Under the pieces are notes generated by a model. That model had not been told where the DNA came from. It searched no databases and worked only from the letters and a program-made list of their open reading frames with translations. From Steroidobacteraceae bacterium (GTDB lineage Bacteria > Pseudomonadota > Gammaproteobacteria > Steroidobacterales > Steroidobacteraceae): a DNA stretch of 64,000 bases. The DNA lies in assembly GCA_049515055.1 (NCBI GenBank), contig JBEKUL010000013.1:5896-69895 (forward strand), given 5' to 3'. Made by a program: the position numbers and the translations under genes. This document shows positions 51,953-60,272 of this stretch, one piece after another. Position 1 is the first letter of the stretch, and each line of letters starts with the position of its first letter.

Positions 51953-53349
51953 GGCGCCGCGCGCCCCGAGGCCGAGCCGGCACGCGCAGCCAATGCCTCG
52001 AGCAGCCGTGCGTGCAAGCCGCCAAAGCCGCCGTTGCTCATGATCAGCGCATGATCCCCGGGCTGCAGACTGTGCGCGAGCTCGCGCGCCATTGCCTCCA
52101 GATCCGCCAGCACGTGCGCGCGCGCGCCGAGCTCTGCCATGGCGCTGCGCGCGTCCCAGCGCAGGGACGGTGGGGCGTAGAGCCAAATCTCATCGGCAGC
52201 GCCCAAGGCACCGGCGAGCGTCGCCTGATGCACGCCCAGCCGCATAGTGTGCGAGCGCAGCTCGAGCACGGCGATGATGCGCTCGCGCCCGACGCGTCGG
52301 CGCAGTCCATCGATCGTGGTGCGAATCGCCGTCGGGTGGTGCGCAAAATCATCATAGACATGCACGCCCGCGGCCACACCGCGCAGCTGCATGCGACGCG
52401 CCACGCCCTGGAAGCCGCGCAGAGCCTCGATGCCCTGCTGGATCGGCACCCCGGCATGGCGCGCCGCCGCGATCGCGGCCAGCGCATTCTCGGCGTTGTG
52501 CGCACCCATCATGCTCCAGCCGAGCTCGCCATAATCATGGCCATCGCACAGCACATGAAAGCCGGAGAAATCGGACTGCGCTGTTGCGGCCAGACTCCAT
52601 TGCACGCCCGGGCCGCCGCTGCGGGCAAAGCGCTCCACCGCAGTCCAGCAGCCGGCCGCCAGCACGCGCTGCAGATTCGCATCCGCACCATTGCAGATTA
52701 TGCGTCCCGCGCCCGGCACGGTGCGCAGCAGATGCTCGAACTGCCGCTCGATCGCCGCGAGATCCGGGTAGATGTCGGCATGGTCGTACTCGAGGTTATT
52801 GAGCACCAGAGTGCGTGGATGGTAGTGCACGAACTTGGCGCGCTTGTCGAAGAACGCCGTGTCGTACTCATCCGCCTCGATGACGAAGTAGGGCGCAGCG
52901 CCCAGGCGCGCGCTCAAAGCGAAATTCTGCGGCACCCCGCCGATCAGAAAGCCTGGCGCCAAGCCGGCCGATTCGAGAATCCAGGCCAGCATGCTGCTGG
53001 TGGAGGTCTTGCCGTGCGTGCCGGCGACCGCAAGTACCCAGCGATCGCGCAATATCTGACTCGCCAGCCACTCGGGGCCTGACGCATAGGGCAGTGAGCG
53101 GTCGAGCACGGCTTCGATGACGGGCATGCCGCGCGTCATGGCATTGCCGATGATGATCACGTCGGGCTCGAGCGCGAGCTGCTCGGCGCCGTAGCCTTCG
53201 ATGAGCTCGATGTCGAGCGCGGCTAACTGCGTGCTCATCGGCGGGTAGACATTCTGGTCCGAGCCGGTGACGCGATGGCCGGCAGCGCGCGCCAGCGCCG
53301 CGATGCCACCCATGAAGGTGCCGCATATGCCGAGTATGTGAACGTGCAT
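51949..53349 (-). CDS. mpl: UDP-N-acetylmuramate:L-alanyl-gamma-D-glutamyl-meso-diaminopimelate ligase
   Basis: 466 aa with the N-terminus MHVHILGICGTFMGGIAALA and the P-loop GTHGKTSTSS. It is a MurC paralogue of the Mpl type. Confidence 0.93.
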   Translation of the reverse strand: MHVHILGICGTFMGGIAALARAAGHRVTGSDQNVYPPMSTQLAALDIELIEGYGAEQLALEPDVIIIGNAMTRGMPVIEAVLDRSLPYASGPEWLASQILRDRWVLAVAGTHGKTSTSSMLAWILESAGLAPGFLIGGVPQNFALSARLGAAPYFVIEADEYDTAFFDKRAKFVHYHPRTLVLNNLEYDHADIYPDLAAIERQFEHLLRTVPGAGRIICNGADANLQRVLAAGCWTAVERFARSGGPGVQWSLAATAQSDFSGFHVLCDGHDYGELGWSMMGAHNAENALAAIAAARHAGVPIQQGIEALRGFQGVARRMQLRGVAAGVHVYDDFAHHPTAIRTTIDGLRRRVGRERIIAVLELRSHTMRLGVHQATLAGALGAADEIWLYAPPSLRWDARSAMAELGARAHVLADLEAMARELAHSLQPGDHALIMSNGGFGGLHARLLEALAARAGSASGRAAP

Positions 53350-53385
53350 GCGCTTAAGAGCCGGATTTATTGCCTGACCCGAGCC

Positions 53386-53937
53386 CTAATGTCCCGCGTC
53401 GAACAGCGCGAGGAACGCCAGCTCTTCGGCCAGCATCTGGCTGAAGGCCAGTAGCAGGCACAGTCCGAGCCCACGCTCGAGCGTCGAGCGCAGAATATGA
53501 GCGACGGCGACCAGCGTCCAGATCAATACCCCGACCGCCGCGACATAGGCCGGGATCTGCCAGACCGCATCGTTGGCGTAGCGCGCGACGAGCCATACCG
53601 AGACGATGCTGGGCGTGGCAAGTGCGGTCTGCAGACCGAACAGCGCCGCGGCGGTCTGCACATAGCGCTCCGAGCGCCCGGCAATGCGCAACAATGCCCA
53701 ATACCATGCGGCCACAAATACCACGTCGGCCGCGAGCTGCACCAGCCAGTCCGGCCGCTGCGGCGGCAACAGTTCGCCCAGCAGCGCACTGAGCACAACG
53801 TAAGCGCCGATCGTCAATGGCAGTAAGATGCCCACGGCGGGCAGGTCCTGCGGTCCGCGCCGCCAGATGGCGATGTAGCCATATAGCCGCAGCAGCGCCA
53901 GCAGCGCTGCGCCGGTGCGCAGCCGCGGGGCTAGCAT
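53386..53937 (-). CDS. hypothetical integral membrane protein (5-6 predicted TM segments)
   Basis: This is the C-terminal 183 aa of ORF 53386..54852, starting at ATG 53937 (ATG 53970 is an alternative). It has repeated hydrophobic stretches. The upstream part of the ORF is antisense to rnd. I recognise no family. Confidence 0.55.
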   Translation of the reverse strand: MLAPRLRTGAALLALLRLYGYIAIWRRGPQDLPAVGILLPLTIGAYVVLSALLGELLPPQRPDWLVQLAADVVFVAAWYWALLRIAGRSERYVQTAAALFGLQTALATPSIVSVWLVARYANDAVWQIPAYVAAVGVLIWTLVAVAHILRSTLERGLGLCLLLAFSQMLAEELAFLALFDAGH

Positions 53938-54006
53938 GCGCGCCGCCGCAGCGTGTCTTGGCGGCATGCAAGGGGGCGCGCATGCGCAAGGAGGAGCCGA
54001 GCGATC

Positions 54007-55089
54007 ATGTCGGAGATTATCAGCCACACAGCCGCGCTCGTGCAGTTGGGCGAACAATTGAGCGCAGTCGGGGCCATCGGGCTGGATACGGAATTCATGC
54101 GCGAGCGCACTTACTTCGCCCAATTGTGCCTGGTGCAGCTCAGTTTCGCGCAGCGCGCGGTGTGCATCGATACGATAAAGCTGCCTGACCTGAGTGCGTT
54201 GCGCCCGATCATGCACTCGCAGCAACCGCTCAAAGTACTGCACGCCGCGCGCCAGGATCTGGAAGTGCTCGAGCCGGCAACCGGGACGGTGACGGGTCTG
54301 TTCGATACACAGGTCGCGGCCTCGCTGATCGGCATGCCGGCGCAAGTCGGATATGGCGAGCTGGTCGAGCAGCTGCTGTCCACGAAACTGCGTAAAGCCG
54401 AGACGCGCACCGATTGGTCGCGCCGGCCGCTCAGCAGCGCGCAATTGGCGTACGCACTGGATGATGTGCGTTATCTGTTGCCGTTGCGCGAGCGCCTGCG
54501 CGAGCGGCTCGAGGCGCTGGGCCGCTGGCACTGGTTCGAGGAGGAGATGGCCGAGCTCGACGCCAGCGGCTCCTTCGCCGTCGATCCGCAGCAGGCGTGG
54601 CGGCGCGTCAAGGGGCTCGCCGAACTTGACGAGCCGCGCCAGGCACTGGCGCGCATGCTGGCGGCGTGGCGCGAGCGCGTCGCGATCAGCGCGGATCGGC
54701 CGCGCAATTGGATCCTGCCCGACGCGGCCTTGCGCGACATCGTGGCGCAGGCGCCGCGCACGCCGAGCGAGCTGCAGGCCATCACGACGCTGCCCGAGAG
54801 CGTGCGCGCTCAAAGCGGCGCGCAGATTCTGGAGCTGATTGCGGCTGCGCAATTGCCGGCGCGGCTCGCGCCGCTGCCGTCACGCGCGCGGCCCGACCCG
54901 GCCAGGATCCAGGCGGTCAGGAAGCTCGCGCAGCTCACGCAGTCGACGGGCCGGGAACTGGGCATCGCACCGGAGATCCTGGCGACGCGCCGTGAGATGG
55001 AGCGACTGGTGGCCGGGGCTCGCGACGGCAGTTTGCTCTCGGGCTGGCGACGTGCGGTGATCGGCGAGCGGCTGCTGGGCGCGCTATAG
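54007..55089 (+). CDS. rnd: ribonuclease D
   Basis: ORF 53953..55089 trimmed to ATG 54007, with an AGGAGG SD upstream. It has DEDD exonuclease motifs (IGLDTEF, HAARQDLEVL, YALDDVRYL) followed by an HRDC region. Confidence 0.9.
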   Translation: MSEIISHTAALVQLGEQLSAVGAIGLDTEFMRERTYFAQLCLVQLSFAQRAVCIDTIKLPDLSALRPIMHSQQPLKVLHAARQDLEVLEPATGTVTGLFDTQVAASLIGMPAQVGYGELVEQLLSTKLRKAETRTDWSRRPLSSAQLAYALDDVRYLLPLRERLRERLEALGRWHWFEEEMAELDASGSFAVDPQQAWRRVKGLAELDEPRQALARMLAAWRERVAISADRPRNWILPDAALRDIVAQAPRTPSELQAITTLPESVRAQSGAQILELIAAAQLPARLAPLPSRARPDPARIQAVRKLAQLTQSTGRELGIAPEILATRREMERLVAGARDGSLLSGWRRAVIGERLLGAL

Positions 55090-55094
55090 CGATC

Positions 55095-55784
55095 CTAGGA
55101 GATGCTGGCCCGATGCGCTCTCGGGGGCGCCTGCAGATGCGCCAGCGTCTCGATCAGTCGCGCGGTTACCTCGGCCACGCTGGCATCGGCGTTGATCGTG
55201 CGCAGCAGTCCCTGCGCGGCGTAGTACTGCGCCAGCGGGCGCGTCTCGCGCTCATAGACCAGCAATCGCCGCCGCACCGTGGCCTCCTCGTCGTCGGCTC
55301 GCTGCAGCAGCGTGGGCTTATCGCCGCAACGATCGCAATGCGGCGGCGTGCCGGGCGGCGCGTTGTGTATGTTGAACACCCGTCCGCACTGCTGGCAGGT
55401 TCGCCTGCCGGAAATACGCCTGATCAGCTCGTCATTGTCGAGCTCAAACAGGATCACGGCATCGAGCGGCGAGCCGATCGCCGACAGCATGGCCGAGAGC
55501 GCCTCGGCCTGGGCGAGGTTGCGCGGGAAGCCGTCGAGAATGAAACCCTGCGCGGCATCGCTTTCGGCGAGCCGTTCGCGAATGATGCCCAGTACGATGT
55601 CATCGGCCACCAATTGCCCGCCATCCATTGCGGCCTTGGCCCGCCGCCCATATTCGGTGCCGCGCGCGAGCGCGCCGCGCAGCAGATCGCCGGTGGAGAT
55701 CTGGGGGATACCGTAACGCTCGACCAGATGCTGGGACTGGGTGCCTTTCCCCGACCCCGGAGGCCCCATGAGCACGATGCGCAT
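55095..55784 (-). CDS. adk: adenylate kinase with Cys4 zinc-type LID
   Basis: ORF 55095..55922 trimmed to ATG 55784 (MRIVLMGPPGSGKGTQ). The LID sequence is CQQCGRVFNIHNAPPGTPPHCDRCG. Confidence 0.95.
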   Translation of the reverse strand: MRIVLMGPPGSGKGTQSQHLVERYGIPQISTGDLLRGALARGTEYGRRAKAAMDGGQLVADDIVLGIIRERLAESDAAQGFILDGFPRNLAQAEALSAMLSAIGSPLDAVILFELDNDELIRRISGRRTCQQCGRVFNIHNAPPGTPPHCDRCGDKPTLLQRADDEEATVRRRLLVYERETRPLAQYYAAQGLLRTINADASVAEVTARLIETLAHLQAPPRAHRASIS

Positions 55785-55924
55785 CCCGGAAACAGTAACG
55801 ACAGGCGCCTTCCAGGTCAAACCAGCCGCACGATGCACGATGCACGCATTGAGATGCCTGACTTCCACGCCGCGCCCAAGGTATGCTCGCGGCCGCCTGC
55901 GTGTGGCCTTCGAGGGAATCAACC

Positions 55925-57226
55925 ATGAACTCTGCGATCAAGTCCAGCCGCAATCGGCGTGCACCGCGTAACGCGCTGTATGCGCAGTCCGGCGGCGTAT
56001 CGGCGGTGATCAACGCCTCCGCCTGCGGCGTGATCGAGACGGCACGCAAACACCGCGGCCAGATCGGGCACATCTACGCGGGGCGCGACGGCATCATCGG
56101 GGCGCTGACCGAGAACCTGATCGATCTGTCGCGCGAAAGCGCGGCGAGCATTCGGGCGCTGCGCTACACGCCGGCGGGTGCATTCGGCTCCGCGCGCTTC
56201 AAGCTCAAGAGCCTCGAGCACAATCGCACCGAGTACGAGCGCCTCATCGCCGTGTTCGCGGCCCACGACATCGGCTATTTCTTCTACAACGGCGGCAACG
56301 ATTCGATGGATACCGCGCTGAAGATCTCGCAGCTCGGTGCGGCGCTCAATTACCCCGTGGTGTGCGTCGGCATACCCAAGACCGTCGACAACGACCTGCC
56401 GATCACCGACTGCTGCCCCGGCTTCGGCTCGGTTGCCAAGTACATCGCCGTCTCGACGCTCGAGGGCGGCCTGGATGTGGCCTCGATGGCGCGCACCTCG
56501 ACCAAGGTATTCGTGCTCGAGGTCATGGGTCGTCACGCCGGCTGGATTGCCGCCGCAGCCGGACTGGCCGGCCGCAAAGCCGCGCAGCCGCCGCACATCA
56601 TCCTGTTTCCCGAAATCCCCTTCGAGCCCGGCCGTTTTCTCGAGCGCGTCGGGCAATGCGTCAGCGCTTACGGCTACTGCGTGATCGTCGTGTCCGAGGG
56701 CACGCGCCATGCGGACGGCCGCTTTCTGGCCGAATCGGGCACGAAGGACGCTTTCGGCCACGCCCAGCTGGGCGGCGTGGGACCGATCGTCGCCAACATG
56801 GTGCGCGAGCAGTTCGGTTACAAGTATCACTGGGCCGTGGCCGATTATCTGCAGCGCTCCGCCCGGCATATCGCCTCGCGCACCGATGTCGAGCAAGCCT
56901 ATGCAGTCGGTAAGGCCGCCGTGCAGTACGCGCTGGCCGGGATGAACGCCGTGATGCCCGCGATCAAACGTCTTTCCTCCAGGCCTTATCGCTGGAAGCT
57001 CGTGCCTGTGCCGCTCGCCGACGTCGCGAACGTGGAAAAGAAGGTGCCGCGCCAATTCATCACCGCCGACGGCTTTGGCATCACGGCGGCGTGCCGCCGC
57101 TATCTCGAGCCGCTCATTGGCGGGGAGGATTTCCCGCCCTTTCGGGACGGATTGCCGGCTTACGTGCGCATCAAAGGCACCGCCGTGCGACGCCGGCTCA
57201 AGGGGCAGTTCAAGCTCGGTTCCTAG
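55925..57226 (+). CDS. pfp: pyrophosphate-dependent 6-phosphofructokinase (predicted from active-site residues)
   Basis: ORF 55883..57226 trimmed to ATG 55925. PFK-family motifs are [25 protein letters not shown] and MGRHAGWIA. The Asp in GGNDS and the Lys in PKTVDND are the PPi-type residues. Confidence 0.88.
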   Translation: MNSAIKSSRNRRAPRNALYAQSGGVSAVINASACGVIETARKHRGQIGHIYAGRDGIIGALTENLIDLSRESAASIRALRYTPAGAFGSARFKLKSLEHNRTEYERLIAVFAAHDIGYFFYNGGNDSMDTALKISQLGAALNYPVVCVGIPKTVDNDLPITDCCPGFGSVAKYIAVSTLEGGLDVASMARTSTKVFVLEVMGRHAGWIAAAAGLAGRKAAQPPHIILFPEIPFEPGRFLERVGQCVSAYGYCVIVVSEGTRHADGRFLAESGTKDAFGHAQLGGVGPIVANMVREQFGYKYHWAVADYLQRSARHIASRTDVEQAYAVGKAAVQYALAGMNAVMPAIKRLSSRPYRWKLVPVPLADVANVEKKVPRQFITADGFGITAACRRYLEPLIGGEDFPPFRDGLPAYVRIKGTAVRRRLKGQFKLGS

Positions 57227-57329
57227 GCGCCTGGCGCGCAAGCATGGGATACTTGGGCAGCGGAACGGTCTGCGTGAACAAAACCAATCCGTTCCACGAT
57301 TAGTACCCGACAGATCGCGAGAAGTCTGC

Positions 57330-59378
57330 ATGGATTGGACCAACTGGCTGTGGCTGGCGATCGGCGCTGGCATCATCGCCGTGCTCTACGGCGCGCTCTC
57401 GGCGCGCTCGATCGTGGCATTGCCGGCCGGCAATGAGCGCATGCAGGAGATTGCCGCAGCGATCCAGACGGGCGCCAAGGCGTACCTGAACCGTCAATAC
57501 ACGGCCATCGCGATTGTCGGTGCGGTGCTGCTCGTAGTGCTCGGGCTGACGCTCAATTGGGCCACGGCCGGCGGCTTTGCGGTCGGGGCCCTGCTGTCGG
57601 GACTGGCCGGTTATATCGGCATGAACATTTCAGTACGCGCGAATGTACGCACGGCGGAGGCGGCACGGCACGGTCTGAATGCGGCCCTGTCGGTGGCCTT
57701 TCGCGGCGGCGCGGTGACCGGCATGCTCGTGGTCGGCCTCGGATTGCTCGGCGTGACCGGCTATTTCGCGCTGCTGCGCGGCGCGCTCGGGGATCAGGCC
57801 GCGCTGCATGCGCTCGTGGGTCTGGCCTTCGGCGGCTCGCTGATCTCGATTTTTGCGCGTCTGGGCGGCGGCATATTCACCAAGGGCGCCGATGTCGGCG
57901 CCGATCTGGTCGGCAAGGTCGAGGCCGGAATTCCCGAGGATGATCCGCGCAATCCCGCGGTCATCGCCGATAACGTCGGCGACAATGTCGGCGACTGCGC
58001 CGGCATGGCGGCAGATCTGTTCGAAACCTACGCGGTCACGATCGTGGCGACGATGCTGCTCGGGGGGCTGCTGCGCACACAGGACGGCAGCGCAGCACTG
58101 GTCTATCCGCTCGCGCTGGGCGCGGCCTCGATCATCTCCTCGATCATCGGCACCTTCTTCGTGCGCGTCGGCAGCGGCGGTCGGATCATGAATGCGCTCT
58201 ACAAGGGCGTGATCGTCTCGGCCTTGATTTCGGCGATTGCCTTCTGGTTCATCACGCGCGCACTGCTGCCGGCGCAGCTGGGCGCACTGTTCGGCTGCGC
58301 CCTGGTCGGGCTCGCGCTCACTGCTGCGATGATCATCATCACCGAGTATTACACCGCCACCGAGTACAGCACGGTGCGCGGCGTAGCGGCAGCCTCGCAG
58401 ACCGGGCCGGCCACGAACATCATCGCCGGCCTGGGTGTGAGCATGAAGTCCACGGCGCTGCCGGTCATTGCCGTGTGCGTCGCCATCGGCGCCTCATACA
58501 GCCTGGCTGGCGTCTATGGCATCGCCGTGGCCGCGACGGCGATGCTGTCGATGACGGGCATGATCGTGGCGCTCGATGCCTATGGCCCGATCACCGACAA
58601 CGCCGGCGGCATCGCCGAGATGGCGGAGCTGCCCAAAGAAGTGCGCAACATCACCGATCCACTCGATGCGGTGGGCAATACGACCAAGGCCGTGACCAAG
58701 GGCTACGCCATTGGTTCGGCCGGTCTTGCCGCCCTGGTGCTGTTCGCTGATTACACGCATCAACTCGAGGGCCATCTGGCGGCCACTGGGCGTGCGATGC
58801 TGCCCTTCTCGCTGTCCGATCCAGCCGTCATCATCGGGCTGTTCATCGGCGGAGCGGTGCCGTATCTGTTTGGTGCGATGGCCATGGAGGCCGTGGGGCG
58901 GGCGGCCAGCTCAGTGGTGACCGAAGTGCGCCGCCAGTTCCGCGAGATCCCCGGCATCATGCAGGGCACGGCCAAGCCCGACTATTCACGTGCGGTGGAT
59001 ATGCTCACGCGTGCAGCCATCAGGGAGATGATCGTGCCATCGCTGCTGCCGATTCTCGTACCCGTCGTCATTGCCTTTGGCATGACTGCGCTGATGGGGC
59101 CGGGAGCCGGTGTCAAGGCGCTCGGCGGCCTGCTGATCGGCACCATCGTGACCGGATTGTTTGTGGCGATTTCGATGTGCACCGGTGGCGGCGCCTGGGA
59201 CAATGCAAAGAAATACATCGAAGAGGGCCACTTCGGGGGCAAGGGCTCGGATGCGCACAAGGCCGCGGTAACCGGCGACACGGTCGGTGATCCCTACAAA
59301 GACACCGCCGGGCCGGCGATCAATCCTCTGATCAAGATCATCAACATCGTCGCATTGCTGTTGGTGCCGTTGCTTTAG
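57330..59378 (+). CDS. hppA: membrane-bound proton-translocating pyrophosphatase, K+-independent type
   Basis: ORF 57075..59378 trimmed to ATG 57330 ([21 protein letters not shown]). Motifs [39 protein letters not shown] and [13 protein letters not shown] are present. GNTTKA has Lys rather than Ala. Confidence 0.96.
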   Translation: MDWTNWLWLAIGAGIIAVLYGALSARSIVALPAGNERMQEIAAAIQTGAKAYLNRQYTAIAIVGAVLLVVLGLTLNWATAGGFAVGALLSGLAGYIGMNISVRANVRTAEAARHGLNAALSVAFRGGAVTGMLVVGLGLLGVTGYFALLRGALGDQAALHALVGLAFGGSLISIFARLGGGIFTKGADVGADLVGKVEAGIPEDDPRNPAVIADNVGDNVGDCAGMAADLFETYAVTIVATMLLGGLLRTQDGSAALVYPLALGAASIISSIIGTFFVRVGSGGRIMNALYKGVIVSALISAIAFWFITRALLPAQLGALFGCALVGLALTAAMIIITEYYTATEYSTVRGVAAASQTGPATNIIAGLGVSMKSTALPVIAVCVAIGASYSLAGVYGIAVAATAMLSMTGMIVALDAYGPITDNAGGIAEMAELPKEVRNITDPLDAVGNTTKAVTKGYAIGSAGLAALVLFADYTHQLEGHLAATGRAMLPFSLSDPAVIIGLFIGGAVPYLFGAMAMEAVGRAASSVVTEVRRQFREIPGIMQGTAKPDYSRAVDMLTRAAIREMIVPSLLPILVPVVIAFGMTALMGPGAGVKALGGLLIGTIVTGLFVAISMCTGGGAWDNAKKYIEEGHFGGKGSDAHKAAVTGDTVGDPYKDTAGPAINPLIKIINIVALLLVPLL

Positions 59379-59407
59379 CCGTGGCGGCGCACAGCGCGGC
59401 CAGACGG

Positions 59408-60259
59408 ATGATGCCTCCCCTACGGCCGCTGCTCGCCGCGCTATTGTGCCGCATGGCCCTGGTTCCCGGCGTCGCGGCGAGCCTGCCGGACATGCCGCAG
59501 CCGCGGCAAGCTGATCGCGTGCTGGTGATCGCACCGCATCCGGACGACGAGAGCCTGTGCTGCGCCGGCATTCTGCAGCGCGCGCACGCCAACGGCGCGG
59601 CCGTCGGGGTGCTGTGGATCACGGCCGGTGACAGCTTCCTGTTCGACGCCATGGTGATGGAGCACTCGCTGCAGCCGCGTGGCGCGCCCTCGCGACGCCT
59701 GGGCGCGCAGCGTCTGCTCGAAGCCCACGCGGCAGCCAAAGAGCTGGGTGTGCCGCAAGCCGCGCAATTTGTACTGGGCTATCCGGATCGCGGCGTGAGC
59801 GCGCTCATGGGCGATTACTACCAGCGCCCCTATCTCTCGCCATACACCGCCGTCAGCGCCGTGCCCTACCCGGAGGCGCTGAGCCCGGGCGCAAGCTACA
59901 CGGGCGAGCATCTGGAGCGCGACCTCGAGCGCGTGCTCGAAGCATTCCGCCCGACGCTGGTGCTGGCAGCCGCGCCGCAGGATCTTCATCCGGATCACAG
60001 TGCGAGCGGCGCGCTCGTCCAGCTGCGCTACTGGATCGTGCACGCCCCGTTCTGGCCCTGGCCGCCCATCTATGAGCCCGAGCTGGCTCTCGTGCCGCCG
60101 GCGAGCGCGGCGGCGCTGCGCTGGCAGTCGATGCCCTTGAGCCCCGGCGAGCGCGCACGCAAGCGCGCCGCGCTGCGCGCGCATCATTCACAGTTTGAGC
60201 TGCTCGCGCCGTTCATGAACTCGTTCGTGCGCGCGAACGAAATCCTGGGCACCGGCTAG
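59408..60259 (+). CDS. PIG-L/LmbE family deacetylase with N-terminal signal-like sequence
   Basis: ORF 59381..60259. ATG 59408 gives MMPPLRPLLAALLCRMALVPGVAAS. The PIG-L motif VIAPHPDDESLCC and a downstream HPDH are present. Confidence 0.8.
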   Translation: MMPPLRPLLAALLCRMALVPGVAASLPDMPQPRQADRVLVIAPHPDDESLCCAGILQRAHANGAAVGVLWITAGDSFLFDAMVMEHSLQPRGAPSRRLGAQRLLEAHAAAKELGVPQAAQFVLGYPDRGVSALMGDYYQRPYLSPYTAVSAVPYPEALSPGASYTGEHLERDLERVLEAFRPTLVLAAAPQDLHPDHSASGALVQLRYWIVHAPFWPWPPIYEPELALVPPASAAALRWQSMPLSPGERARKRAALRAHHSQFELLAPFMNSFVRANEILGTG

Positions 60260-60272
60260 GCTTACTGCCCGT

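Noticed and set aside
53938-54852. The upstream two-thirds of the 488-aa minus-strand ORF 53386..54852. Comparable N-terminal extensions occur in the murG, murC, gap, tkt, rsmI, hppA, petC, adk and GGDEF-EAL ORFs.
   Set aside because: The extension is antisense to rnd (or to the neighbouring gene in the other cases) and is Arg/Ala-rich. Conserved protein N-termini and stop/start overlaps indicate downstream starts.
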